DNA from: an uncultured Acidobacteriota bacterium
GTDB taxonomy: Bacteria; Acidobacteriota; Thermoanaerobaculia; UBA5066; DATFVB01
Length of the DNA: 64,000 nt
Direction of reading: 5' to 3'
NCBI GenBank assembly: GCA_963813155.1
Contig: CAWEYG010000002.1
Span: forward strand, 608,001 to 672,000
The translations under genes and the position numbers were made by a program. The notes beneath the pieces were generated by a model. That model was given only the letters and a program-made list of their open reading frames with translations, was not told the DNA's origin and did no database searches. How positions within the stretch are numbered: the first letter of the stretch is position 1; every line of letters starts with the position of its first letter. Shown here piece by piece: positions 30,401 to 39,852 of this stretch.

Positions 30401-32296
30401 TTACAGCACGAACGGTATCGGGACCATGTACCAGGTCTTGACCGCGACTCCGTTCTTTTCCGCCGGAACGAACGTCCACTGCCGGACCGCCTTTTCCGCC
30501 GCCTGCGGAAGGCCCACATTGCGGCCGGGATCCCGCACGACCCGCACGTCCTCGACTCTCCCGGTTTCCGTCACGAGCACGCTCAGCACCACCGTCCCGC
30601 TGATGTTCATCCTTCGGGCGATCGACGGGTACTCCGGCTTCACGACGCTGGCGATCTGCGGAGCGCGGTCGAGCTCCGCCGAACCGACGAGGTCTCCGCG
30701 GCGCGTCGCGGGAGCTGCCGGAGCCGGCGAGACCGGAGCGGCGGCCGAGCTCGAAAGGGGCGAGACCGGAATCGGCGCCGGCCGCGCGGCGCCGCCGGCC
30801 GGAGGAGCGGCGGCCGTGCCTCCGACGGGGATCCGTTTCGGCGCGGAGAGGCCGGCAGACATCGGTGCCGGCACGGGCTTGAGCGAGGCGACCCGGTTTT
30901 CGGCCTGCACCCTCGCGAGCTTCGTCTTCTGCTCCGCTTCCAACTTCCTGACTTCCTCGGCGAGCCGGCGTGCGACTTCGTTCTTGAACTCCGCCTGCGT
31001 CATGCCTGCGGTCGGCGCCGGCGCGGCTGCGGCGGCCGGAGGGCGCGCCGAGGCCGACGCCGGGACCGTGGTCGCGGAGGAACCCGCCGCGGTCGAGCTT
31101 GCGGCCGAAGGCGGCTCCAGCGCCGCGGCCGGCTTCGGTACCGGTTGCGGAAACAGAGGGCGGCCCTTGATGCGCAGCAGGTAGATCGAGCCCCACAGCA
31201 GGAGGATCCCCAGAATCGCTCCCCCGATGATCTTGGGCAGCGGCAACTTCTTTTCCGACGTGTCGTCCACGGCCGCGACGGTGACCCCGAACCGGGGAGC
31301 CGCGACGAGCCGCGGGGGGCGAGCGGTGACGGCAGGCCGGGGATATCGGCTCGCATCCCAGCCGCTCTCTTCTTTCCGGTGCGCCTGTTCGGCCCCGATT
31401 TCCGCCTTCAGCAGGTTCGTGAGGAAGAACGCGAAGTTGAACGTGGAAGGCGCGTATTTGCCCGAGAAGAGCAGCTTGCCGAGCTCGCGGCGCAGGGCGC
31501 CGGCGGTCTCGTAACGGTTGTCGGGCGATTCGGCGAGTGCGACCTTCAGGACCGCCGAGATGTCGGCGGGAATGGCCTCTTCGCCGCCGAAGAGCTTCAG
31601 CTCACCGGCGAGGGCAGGCGCGGGATCGAGCGGCGGAGGCGCCCCGGTCAGCATCTCGACGAGGATGGCGGCCGTGGAGTAGACGTCGCCGGTGCGGGTC
31701 GGCTTTCCGGAGGATCGAACTTCCGGCGCGAGGAACGGAAACAGCAGTCCCTGCACGGACGCCGCAGAGCGCGAGGCGAGAACGCCCTCCGCGAGGCCGA
31801 AGCCGACGAGCCGCGTTTCTCCCTCGTCCGAGATGTCCACGAAGCCCGGCCAGACGAGCCCGTGGAGCGTGCGCTCGCCGTCGATCAGCGAGTTGTAGGC
31901 GTGGTCGAGGCCCGTCGCGATTTTCTCCGCGATCAGGAGGGAGTGTTCGATGGGAATCGGAAACGGGCGCTTGCGGGAGATCTCGATCAGCGCATCGAGC
32001 GTCCGTCCCCCGGCGTCCCGATAGGCGAGGAAGGCGTCCCCTTCGACGGAATCCAGCTCGACGTCGCGCGCGACCGCGGGGTTCTTGAGGAAATCGTGAA
32101 CGGCCCCGTTCTCCTCGATCGAGATGAGAACCGGCTCGGAGTCCAGGCGCGGCGCGTCGAAAATCCGGAGGCGGAAGAACGCCGACGCGTTCTCGATCTT
32201 GCGCGCGCGATACACTTTTCCGAGCGCGTCCGCGCCGATCTTCTCAGCGAGCAGATACGACCCGAAAAGCCGCGGGACGATCTCGTTTTCGGCCAT
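30401..32296 (-). CDS. Pseudokinase-TM-TonB C-terminal domain fusion
   Basis: Kinase-fold landmarks (FGSYLL.EKIG, LAPE, DVYS) with degenerate catalytic motifs (LHGLVWP, VGFG); TM helix; Pro/Ala linker; PEYP..ARR..ISGTV...V...G.V...W.F.PA..NG (TonB_C). Confidence 0.8.
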   Translation of the reverse strand: MAENEIVPRLFGSYLLAEKIGADALGKVYRARKIENASAFFRLRIFDAPRLDSEPVLISIEENGAVHDFLKNPAVARDVELDSVEGDAFLAYRDAGGRTLDALIEISRKRPFPIPIEHSLLIAEKIATGLDHAYNSLIDGERTLHGLVWPGFVDISDEGETRLVGFGLAEGVLASRSAASVQGLLFPFLAPEVRSSGKPTRTGDVYSTAAILVEMLTGAPPPLDPAPALAGELKLFGGEEAIPADISAVLKVALAESPDNRYETAGALRRELGKLLFSGKYAPSTFNFAFFLTNLLKAEIGAEQAHRKEESGWDASRYPRPAVTARPPRLVAAPRFGVTVAAVDDTSEKKLPLPKIIGGAILGILLLWGSIYLLRIKGRPLFPQPVPKPAAALEPPSAASSTAAGSSATTVPASASARPPAAAAAPAPTAGMTQAEFKNEVARRLAEEVRKLEAEQKTKLARVQAENRVASLKPVPAPMSAGLSAPKRIPVGGTAAAPPAGGAARPAPIPVSPLSSSAAAPVSPAPAAPATRRGDLVGSAELDRAPQIASVVKPEYPSIARRMNISGTVVLSVLVTETGRVEDVRVVRDPGRNVGLPQAAEKAVRQWTFVPAEKNGVAVKTWYMVPIPFVL

Positions 32297-32345
32297 CAAA
32301 CCTTTATGGGTACGGGGTTAAGCTAACACGCCCCCCGGACCATCG

Positions 32346-33386
32346 TCAACGCGGCTCTTCGCCGTTCGCGGCCGCGGAGTTCGCCCGGCTCTTCTCGATC
32401 ATCTGCAGGTGGTCGGCGTAGGTTTTCGAGAAGTAGTGCCCGCCGTCTCCCCGGGCCACGAAATAGAGATCGTCGCTCGCCATCGGCTCCACGGCGGCCC
32501 GAAGAGACGCGACGCCCGGATTGCAGATCGGCCCCGGCGGAAGGCCGGAGTTCAGATACGTGTTGTACGGCGACTCGAAATCCAGGTCCGAGCGGTGCAG
32601 GCGGCCCGTCCACTTGCCCGCCTTTTCGAGCGCGTAGATCACCGTCGGGTCGCACTGGAGGCGCATGCCGAGCTTCAGCCGGTTGAGATAAACGGCCGCG
32701 ACGTGGGGCCTTTCGGAACGCAGGGAAGTCTCCTTCTCGACGAGCGAAGCAATCGTGACGACGTGACGCACCGAGAGCCCCGTGGCCTCCGCCCTCTTCT
32801 GCATCTCCGTGCTGAAGTGGTGCTCGAAGTTCTCGAGCATGCGCGTGACGATCTCGCGGGTCGGCGTCGACCGGGTCGCGATGTAGGTGTCCGGAAACAG
32901 AAACCCCTCGAGATCCGTCGTCTGGGCCGTCGCCCACGGAAGGACCTTCACGGCCTCGCCGGCCGCGCGCCGGAAGCCCTGCGCCGAGCCGATCCGCTGC
33001 TGCAGAAACAGCGCGAAACTCTCCTCGTCCGTCAACCCCTCGGGGACGACGACCGTGTGGCGGACGACTTCGCCCGAAACGATCGTCGCGATCACCCGGT
33101 CGAGCGACTGCGGCCCCGAAAACGCGTACTCGCCCGCGCGAAGCGATTCGCTTCGATAGAAGAGCCGATAGTAGATTTCCGCGACGACCGCGTCGCGCAC
33201 GACGCCGGCCCGCTCGAGTTGCCGGAAGATCCCGCGCGTCGAGGTCCCGATCGGGAACTCGACGGTCGCCGACGGCCCGGCAAAACCCTGAAACGGCGTC
33301 CGGATCCAGACGTAGCCCGCGAGGCAGGCGAGCGCCGCGATCAGCAGGAACACGAGAATCGCCCGGCGGGCGCGGTGCCGGCTCAT
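32346..33386 (-). CDS. mltG: Endolytic transglycosylase MltG
   Basis: N-terminal TM; AGEY, PEG, LEGFLFPDTY, ASLVEKE, VYLNRL..GM.LQCDPT, SPYNTY...GLPPGPI.NPG, LYFVA. Confidence 0.95.
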   Translation of the reverse strand: MSRHRARRAILVFLLIAALACLAGYVWIRTPFQGFAGPSATVEFPIGTSTRGIFRQLERAGVVRDAVVAEIYYRLFYRSESLRAGEYAFSGPQSLDRVIATIVSGEVVRHTVVVPEGLTDEESFALFLQQRIGSAQGFRRAAGEAVKVLPWATAQTTDLEGFLFPDTYIATRSTPTREIVTRMLENFEHHFSTEMQKRAEATGLSVRHVVTIASLVEKETSLRSERPHVAAVYLNRLKLGMRLQCDPTVIYALEKAGKWTGRLHRSDLDFESPYNTYLNSGLPPGPICNPGVASLRAAVEPMASDDLYFVARGDGGHYFSKTYADHLQMIEKSRANSAAANGEEPR

Positions 33387-33772
33387 CGCCCGCGCCCCGA
33401 AAGGAATTCCTCGAGGATGACGGCCGCCGCGTCGGCGTCGGAGCCCTCCCGGCCGGGAACCCGGCGCTCGGCTTCCCGGGTCGTCAGGTGCTCGTTGACG
33501 GCGTGGACCGGCAACTCCGCCGCCTTTTCCAGCTTCCTGCCGAAGGACCGGACGCGAGCCGCGAGCTCGTTTTCCCGGCCGTCGGCGTGGTGGGGAATTC
33601 CGAGGACGATCTCCCCCACTTCCTCCTCCCGCAGGAACTTCAGGATCTCGTCGACCGCCCGGTTATCGCTGCGGCGGGAAAGGGTCCGCCGGGGCGTCGC
33701 GATCAGCCCCGAGGCGTCCGAGGTCGCGAGGCCGATGCGCCTTTCCCCGAAGTCCACGGCCAGGTATTTCAC
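33383..33772 (-). CDS. ruvX: RuvX/YqgF nuclease
   Basis: LAVDFGERRIGLA.SD, IVLGIP, NEHLTT.EA, DADAAAVILEEFL. Confidence 0.92.
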   Translation of the reverse strand: MKYLAVDFGERRIGLATSDASGLIATPRRTLSRRSDNRAVDEILKFLREEEVGEIVLGIPHHADGRENELAARVRSFGRKLEKAAELPVHAVNEHLTTREAERRVPGREGSDADAAAVILEEFLSGRGR

Positions 33773-33812
33773 GGAAAAAGAATAGCCGAAAACTCGAATA
33801 AGATTGCCGGGG

Positions 33813-35858
33813 ATGGCGACCGAACAAATCGCGCTGGCCGGAATTGAACGCCCGCGCCGCGAGCAACTGCAACGCTGGTACCGGCTTCTTCACCTGGGGC
33901 GCGTCCTGGACGACAAGGCCCCGAACTACCTGAAGCAGGGCCTCGGCTGGAGTTACCACGCGCCGAACGCGGGCCACGACGCGATTCAGCTCGCGCTCGG
34001 GCTGACGTTTCGCCCGGGACGGGATTACCTCTTTCCCTATTACCGCGACCTCACGACCTGCCTCGCGGCGGGGCTGACGGTCGAGGAAATCCTCCTGAAC
34101 GGGATGTCGAAGGCGACCGATCCCGCCTCCGGCGGCCGCCACATGTCGAACCACTTCGCGAAGCCCGAGATCGGCATTCAGAACGTGTCCTCCGCGGTCT
34201 CGAACCACGCACAGCACGCCGCGGGCCTCGCGCGCGCCGTCAAGGACTACGGGCGGGACTCCCTCGTGTTCTGCTCCGTCGGCGAATCGTCCACCTCGGA
34301 AGGCTACTTCTACGAAGCCGTGAACGGAGCGAGCCGCGAGCTGCTCGCGGTCGTCTTCGTCGTCCAGGACAACGGATACGGCATCTCCGTGCCGAAATCG
34401 GACCAGACGGCCAACGAGTTTGCGTCCGACAATTTTCGCGGATTCAAGAACGTCGCCGTCCTCCACTGCGACGGCACGGACGTCTTCGACTCCTTCCGCG
34501 CGATGGGAGAGGCGGTCGAATGGGCCCGGCGCGGCCAGGGGTGCGCGCTCGTCCACGCAAAGTGCGTGCGAATCGGACCGCATTCGAACTCCGACCGGCA
34601 GGAGCTCTACCGCTCCCCCGAGGAGCTCGCCGCCGCGAAGGCGGCCGATCCGCTTCCGAAATTTCGCCGGCGGCTCCTGGAGCAGGGCCTGCTGAGCGAA
34701 GCGGATCTCGCCGAGATCGAAGAATCCAACCGAGCCGCCTACGAGCAGGCGGCCGACGCGGCGCGAAAAGCCCCCGACCCCTCGCCCGACTCGATCTTCG
34801 AGTTCGTCGTGCCGGAGGCGTGGAAGCCCGCGAGCTGGCCCGACGGGCTGCCGGACGGCTCCGGGACCGAAATGTCGCTGATCCAGGCGCTCAACACCAC
34901 GCTGAAGGAAGAATTCCGATCGAGCCCCGACACGTTCCTCTGGGGCCAGGACGTCGCGAACAAGGAAAAAGGCGGCGTGTTCAACGTCACGAAAGGGATG
35001 CAGCAGGAATTCGGAGAGAAACGTGTCCGAAACGCGCCGATCGCCGAGGACTACATCATGGGCACGGCCGACGGCTTTTCGCGCCTCGACGACAAGATCC
35101 GCGTGATCGTGGAAGGGGCGGAGTTCGCGGACTACTTCTGGCCGGCGGCCGAGCAGATGGTGGAGATGTCGCACGAATACTGGCGCACGAACGGGAAGTT
35201 CTCGCCGAACGTGACGGTCCGGCTCGCCTCCGGCGGATACATCGGGGGCGGCCTCTACCATTCCCAGAACATCGAGGGATGGCTCACGACGCTGCCGGGA
35301 ATCCGCGTCGTCGTCCCCGCCTTTGCCGACGACGCGGCGGGGCTCCTGCGCTCGGCGATCCGCTCGCGCGGCGTGACGCTCTACCTCGAACCGAAATTCC
35401 TCTACAACCTTCCGGCCGCGAGGGCGAAAGTTCCGGCCGATTTCGCGGTCCCGTTCGGAAAGGCGAGGACGCGGCGCGAGGGGAAGGATTTGACGATCCT
35501 CGCCTATGGCACTCCCGTGCACTTCGCGCTCGAAGCCGCGCAGGCCCTCGAAAAGGAAGGCAAAAGCGTCGAGGTGATCGACCTGCGGTCGCTCGTTCCT
35601 CTCGACCTCGACGCGATCCTCGCCTCCGTCCGGAAGACGAGCCGGGTGTTGGTCGCGCACGAAGACAAGGTCCACGGCGGCTTCGGCGGCGAGGTCGCCT
35701 CGCAGGTCCAGGAGAACGCGTTCGCGTTCCTCGACGCCCCGATCGGGCGCGTCGGATCGACGTTCACGCCGGTCGGCTTCAACCGCATCCTCGAGCGGGC
35801 GATCCTGCCGAACACCGAGAGAGTGCTCGCCGCCGCGAAGAAGGTACTGGAGTACTGA
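33813..35858 (+). CDS. Fused 2-oxoacid dehydrogenase E1 alpha/beta (branched-chain type)
   Basis: FPYYRD, GGRHMSNHF, GESSTSEG...DNGYGIS, HSNSD, GQDVA...GGVF..T, PIAE, GGLYHSQ, EVIDLRSL.PLD. Confidence 0.92.
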   Translation: MATEQIALAGIERPRREQLQRWYRLLHLGRVLDDKAPNYLKQGLGWSYHAPNAGHDAIQLALGLTFRPGRDYLFPYYRDLTTCLAAGLTVEEILLNGMSKATDPASGGRHMSNHFAKPEIGIQNVSSAVSNHAQHAAGLARAVKDYGRDSLVFCSVGESSTSEGYFYEAVNGASRELLAVVFVVQDNGYGISVPKSDQTANEFASDNFRGFKNVAVLHCDGTDVFDSFRAMGEAVEWARRGQGCALVHAKCVRIGPHSNSDRQELYRSPEELAAAKAADPLPKFRRRLLEQGLLSEADLAEIEESNRAAYEQAADAARKAPDPSPDSIFEFVVPEAWKPASWPDGLPDGSGTEMSLIQALNTTLKEEFRSSPDTFLWGQDVANKEKGGVFNVTKGMQQEFGEKRVRNAPIAEDYIMGTADGFSRLDDKIRVIVEGAEFADYFWPAAEQMVEMSHEYWRTNGKFSPNVTVRLASGGYIGGGLYHSQNIEGWLTTLPGIRVVVPAFADDAAGLLRSAIRSRGVTLYLEPKFLYNLPAARAKVPADFAVPFGKARTRREGKDLTILAYGTPVHFALEAAQALEKEGKSVEVIDLRSLVPLDLDAILASVRKTSRVLVAHEDKVHGGFGGEVASQVQENAFAFLDAPIGRVGSTFTPVGFNRILERAILPNTERVLAAAKKVLEY

Positions 35859-35887
35859 AACAGGCTCCTCGCTCACCCTCCGACGCG

Positions 35888-36298
35888 TTGTCCTCCAATT
35901 CCGTAAACCCTCGTGATGAAGGGACTCGCGGTTCCCCCACCGAGAAACCGTCGGGGTTTCATAGCATCGCAGGGAGCTATTCGGCTACGTATACATTTTG
36001 CGATCCTTACTCCAGCGTCGTTGAGCTAAAGCAAGACGGTCAGGTCGTCAAGAGCGACATTCCCGGTGCTGGCGCTCTGGAAATCCTCGTTACGCGTCAG
36101 TCGGAGCAAAACCGAATCGAGAGCGCGTCAATCATCCCATCCGAAGCGGTGTGCCCCGCCAACTCGAGCTGGAACCTCGATGTGAAGGAGAACGGTATGA
36201 CGATCGAACTCTCAAGAGTCATCGGCAAAGGCAGTTGCCCGGAAAAATGTGGATACTCAACACAATTCTTTGATCTCGTCCTCCAGAGAATCCAGTAG
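35888..36298 (+). CDS. Lower-GC hypothetical protein, start uncertain, possibly truncated
   Basis: Open frame ending at TAG 36298; four Cys; atypical codon usage; no clear SD. Confidence 0.35.
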   Translation: MSSNSVNPRDEGTRGSPTEKPSGFHSIAGSYSATYTFCDPYSSVVELKQDGQVVKSDIPGAGALEILVTRQSEQNRIESASIIPSEAVCPANSSWNLDVKENGMTIELSRVIGKGSCPEKCGYSTQFFDLVLQRIQ

Positions 36299-36452
36299 CC
36301 AATTCTGCTCGCCGCGACAAGGAAAGGTCGTGGGAGTACTGAGCGAACGTCAGATCCCGGGAGGTGTCCATTACCCGAGGGAATCCAGAGGCCGGTAGCA
36401 GGGCCAACCAAGCGTTGTCGATCGAGCTTCAAGAACGCACCTCGGCAACTTA

Positions 36453-36478
36453 GTATGGTAGTATGGTGTTTGTATGGT
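36453..36478 (+). promoter_or_regulatory. Triple GTATGGT repeat over the leaderless -10 and start of the antitoxin
   Basis: GTATGGT at 36453, 36461 and 36472; TATGGT is 6 nt before ATG 36474. Confidence 0.6.
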
Positions 36479-36755
36479 GAAAGTCACCTTCACACTCGAT
36501 GAACCGACGGTCGAACGACTCCGCCTCTCCGCGCAGCGATTGAGCCGCCCGAAGAGCGCGGTCGTCCGTGAGGCGATCAACGACTACGCGCTTCGCGTCG
36601 GGAAGCTTTCCGAAGCCGAGCGGCGGCGAATGCTCCAGGCGTTCGACCGACTCGTGCCCTTGATCCCAAAGCGACCCGTTGCGGAGGTCGAGCGAGAGCT
36701 CAAGAGTATCCGCGAAAGCCGGCGCTCCGGAGGCCGGCGGAGCAAGATTCGCTGA
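36474..36755 (+). CDS. vapB: RHH (CopG-like) VapB antitoxin
   Basis: KVTFTLD..T...L...A......KSAVVREAI; directly upstream of a PIN gene. Confidence 0.8.
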   Translation: MVKVTFTLDEPTVERLRLSAQRLSRPKSAVVREAINDYALRVGKLSEAERRRMLQAFDRLVPLIPKRPVAEVERELKSIRESRRSGGRRSKIR

Positions 36756-37141
36756 TTCACCTCGACACATCCGTTCTCGTCGACACGCTGGCGGGACCGA
36801 GGCGGTCAGTCCGAGCCCTGCGGGAGGCGCTCGATCACGGTGAACGAATCGAGATCTCCGCACTCGTCCTTTATGAATGGAATCGAGGCCCTCGACGTTC
36901 GCAGGAGCTGATCGTTCAGGAGACACTCTTTCCTTCTGAGCTTGCTCTGCCCTTCGGGCCGCGCGAGGCGGCGCTTGCCGGATCTCTGTATCGCCGCCTG
37001 AAGAAACCGCGCGGGAGGGAGGTCGACCTCGCGATCGCGGCCTGCGCGATTTCGCGCGAAGCGAGCCTTTGGACCCTGAATCCCCGGGATTTCAAGGACA
37101 TCCCGGAACTGGCGCTTTACGATCCAGCCGCCGAAGGCTGA
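36752..37141 (+). CDS. vapC: PIN-domain VapC toxin (CTG start, absent from the ORF track)
   Basis: Manual translation: (M)IHLDTSVLVD...SALVLYEW...VDLAIAACA.....LWTLNPRDFKDIP. CTG overlaps the antitoxin TGA (CTGA). Confidence 0.88.
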   Translation: MIHLDTSVLVDTLAGPRRSVRALREALDHGERIEISALVLYEWNRGPRRSQELIVQETLFPSELALPFGPREAALAGSLYRRLKKPRGREVDLAIAACAISREASLWTLNPRDFKDIPELALYDPAAEG

Positions 37142-37214
37142 GCGTCGACTCGCTGAAACCTTCCCCTCCGATTCGAAATCTCAGGAACGTGGCACACTCC
37201 AACGGGAGGAACCG

Positions 37215-37704
37215 ATGAAGATCATCCTTTTCGCGCTCGCTGCGGTCGCGATCCTGTCTGCGGCATTCTCAATCGCCGCCGGTGCGGACGCGGGCGGCGC
37301 GACGGGCCTCTCGCTCGCTCCCGGTCTTTCCTTCACCGACGATTCCAGCGCGAATTTTCCGATCCGCGGGGCGAACCTCGGGAGCGGCGAGATCGCCGCG
37401 GGGCTCCCCACGATCGTCTTCTTCGGAACGTCGCACTGCTGGAACACGAACCGCGAAGCCGAGCGCCTCGTCGCGTTTGCCGCGAAGCACAAGGACGAGG
37501 CGCGCTTCCTCGTCGTCGACCTCGACCACCCGTCGCGGCCGCAGAGGAAGCTGATGGAGGCGTACTACCACGGCTACATCCCGACGCTCGCGTTCCTCGA
37601 CAAAACCGGAAAAGCCGTCTACGACCGCTCCGGTGAGACCTCCCGCACGCCGCGCGGACACGTCCGGGCTCGAAGAGATTTTTCAGAAGACGCTCGCCCC
37701 CTAA
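37215..37704 (+). CDS. Secreted thioredoxin-like protein (CxxT), frameshift at ~37650
   Basis: GGAGGA SD; signal peptide; PTIVFFGTSHCWNT, FLVVDLD, IPTLAFLDKTGK; ends EEIFQKTLAP* in another frame. Confidence 0.6.
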
Positions 37705-38627
37705 GCCTTCGGGTGGCTCTTCCGGTAGACCTCCATCAACCGCGCCGCGTCCGCGTGGGTGTAGCGCTGCGTCGTCGAAAGCGACGCGTGGCCGAGCAGC
37801 TCCTGGATCGAGCGCAGGTCAGCGCCGGCCGAAAGCAGGTGCGTCGCGAACGTGTGCCGCAGCGCGTGCGGCGAAATGCGCGAAGGAAGGCCCGCGTCGC
37901 GGAGGCGGCGTTTGAGGACCCGCGCGACGGATCTCGCGGTCAGACGCTCGCCGAGACGGTTCACGAAGAGCGGCTCCCCCTCTTCGCGTGGAACGTGCGC
38001 CGCGCGAAGGGCGCCGCGCGAAGGCAGGTATTTTCGAATCGCCTTCGCCGCGGGAGCTCCGAACGGCACGATCCGCTCCTTTCCCCCTTTTCCGAGCACG
38101 CGCACGAGCCTCTCGGAGAGGTCCAGGTCGTCCAGGTCGACGCCCGCGAGCTCCGAGACGCGCAGGCCCGTCGCGTAGAGAAACTCGAACATCGCCTGGT
38201 CGCGCTCCGGAAACGGAGCCGTCTCGTCCCCGGCCGAGAGGAGCCGGTCGGTGTCGGCCGCCGTCAGCGCCCGCGGAATCGTTTTCGGGGTCCTCGGGCT
38301 CGGGATTCCCGCGGCGGGGTTTTTCGGACAGATCCCTTCGCGGGAGGCCCAGGCGAAAAACGAGCGGATCGCGGAAAGGTGCCGCGAAAGCGACCGGCTC
38401 GAAAGCTTCGCCCGGTGGAGCGAGGCGACGTGGGCCCGGATCGCGAGCTTGTCGACGCGCGAAAGCGGCGTGGACGCCGCCGGCTCGTTCGCGAAGTCCT
38501 TCTCCCAGAACAGGCAGAACCGCTCCAGGTCGGCGCCGTACGCGCGCAGCGTCTGGGGGGAGAAATTGCGCTGAAGCGAAAGGAATTTCAGGAACTCTTC
38601 GACCGCGGCGGAAAGGGAAAGGCGCAT
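37701..38627 (-). CDS. xerC: Tyrosine recombinase XerC
   Basis: SPQTLRAY..DL, RD.AMFEFLYATGLRVSEL, GKGGKERIVP, SPHALRHTFATHLL..GADLR.IQELLGH.SLSTTQRYTH. Confidence 0.9.
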   Translation of the reverse strand: MRLSLSAAVEEFLKFLSLQRNFSPQTLRAYGADLERFCLFWEKDFANEPAASTPLSRVDKLAIRAHVASLHRAKLSSRSLSRHLSAIRSFFAWASREGICPKNPAAGIPSPRTPKTIPRALTAADTDRLLSAGDETAPFPERDQAMFEFLYATGLRVSELAGVDLDDLDLSERLVRVLGKGGKERIVPFGAPAAKAIRKYLPSRGALRAAHVPREEGEPLFVNRLGERLTARSVARVLKRRLRDAGLPSRISPHALRHTFATHLLSAGADLRSIQELLGHASLSTTQRYTHADAARLMEVYRKSHPKA

Positions 38628-38640
38628 CGGAATACGATCA

Positions 38641-38669
38641 TTGAAACACATTTTCGATTCGTGTACGAT
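38641..38669 (+). promoter_or_regulatory. Sigma70 promoter
   Basis: TTGAAA, 17 nt spacer, TACGAT, upstream of the gene at 38728. Confidence 0.6.
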
Positions 38670-38727
38670 TCGTGCGTCCTCACACAAAGCGCCGGCATTC
38701 CTTCGTCTGCCTCCGAAAGGAGAAAAG

Positions 38728-39165
38728 ATGAAATGCCTCGCGATCCTCGGTTCGGTCCTGCTCGGCGTCGCTCCCCCGGCCTTCGCCGGCGGAGGCTCGG
38801 ATCTCACGTTCCAGATCTTTCCCGACTTCGGCGTCTCTTCCGACAACGCCACGATCTGCCGCGTCACGGTGACGAACTACTCCGGAGACCCGCTCGACGG
38901 ACGCCGCATCGGATTCGAGGCGTCCGCGATCGAGAACGGAGTCGTCGTCGAGCGCGAACGGGGCCGCTTCCAGGGGATCCTGCGAAACGGAGAAAAGGCG
39001 GAAACGCTGATCGGCTTCAACGGAGTTTTTCGATATTTTGACGTCGTGGAGGCCCCGGTTTCCGGGCGCTCGCGTTCGGGAGGTTCGGCCCGCGGGCGCA
39101 AGGGCGCCTCGAAAACCGCGAAATCCAAGCCCGCTTCGAAGCCGCGAACGAAAAAGACGAATTAG
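38728..39165 (+). CDS. Secreted hypothetical protein with Lys-rich tail
   Basis: AAAGGAG SD; signal peptide ending AFA; beta-rich domain; basic tail. Confidence 0.65.
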   Translation: MKCLAILGSVLLGVAPPAFAGGGSDLTFQIFPDFGVSSDNATICRVTVTNYSGDPLDGRRIGFEASAIENGVVVERERGRFQGILRNGEKAETLIGFNGVFRYFDVVEAPVSGRSRSGGSARGRKGASKTAKSKPASKPRTKKTN

Positions 39166-39187
39166 AATCGTCGGGAGGAGGCCCATC

Positions 39188-39745
39188 ATGAAACCCTTGC
39201 GCCGTCTCTGGATTCTCGCTCCACCGTTCCTGTTGCTGACTGCGCTCTTCGGCTGCTCGACCTCGAAATCGGCCAGCTCCGCCGCCGTGCCGCCCGCCTC
39301 CGCGGGCCCGCAACTGACCGCGATGATCGAAGGCCGGAGCGGAAGCGCGCTCACCGGCACGGCCACGTTCACCCAGAGCTCGGGAGCCGTCCACATCGTC
39401 GTCGACGTCAACAACGCGCCGGAAGGCGTCCACGCGGTTCACCTCCATGAAAAAGGTGACTGCGCGGCGCCCGACGCGAGCTCCGCGGGAGGCCACTTCA
39501 ACCCGACCCACATGTCCCACGGCTCGCCCGACTCGCCGAATCACCACGCGGGAGACTTCGGAAACATGACGGTCGGGAACGACGGGCACGGGCACCTCGA
39601 GCTTGATTCGACGATCCTCACGATCGCGCCGGGCGAGATGTCGGTCTCCGGCCACGCCGTCGTCGTGCACGCGAACGCCGACGACATGACGACCCAGCCG
39701 ACCGGAAACGCCGGCGGGCGGATCGGGTGCGGAGTGGTGAAGTAA
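39188..39745 (+). CDS. sodC: Cu/Zn superoxide dismutase, lipoprotein
   Basis: Lipobox LFGC; HAVHLH..G.C, AGGHFNP, HG.P...HAGDFGN, VVH...DD, GNAGGRIGCG. Confidence 0.93.
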   Translation: MKPLRRLWILAPPFLLLTALFGCSTSKSASSAAVPPASAGPQLTAMIEGRSGSALTGTATFTQSSGAVHIVVDVNNAPEGVHAVHLHEKGDCAAPDASSAGGHFNPTHMSHGSPDSPNHHAGDFGNMTVGNDGHGHLELDSTILTIAPGEMSVSGHAVVVHANADDMTTQPTGNAGGRIGCGVVK

Positions 39746-39746
39746 A

Positions 39747-39834
39747 ACCTCACCTTCGGCCTTCGGCCACCCCCTCCCGCGCTGACCAGTCGTCTGAAGG
39801 GCTGCCAGCTGGAGAGGGGGACGGGGGGTGAGGT
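39747..39834. repeat. REP-like palindromic element
   Basis: ACCTCACC...GGTGAGGT outer arms, CCCCTCCC...GGAGAGGGG inner arms, and a GGCCTTCGGCC hairpin. Confidence 0.55.
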
Positions 39835-39852
39835 CGTGGTAATGTTTTCGTG

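Noticed and set aside
36395-36450. attC-like start GCCAACCAAGCGTTG upstream of vapBC
   Set aside because: No matching GTTRRRY end or complementary arm found.
37701-38627. Phage or integron integrase
   Set aside because: Motifs fit housekeeping XerC; no integron-specific insertion, cassette array or phage genes.
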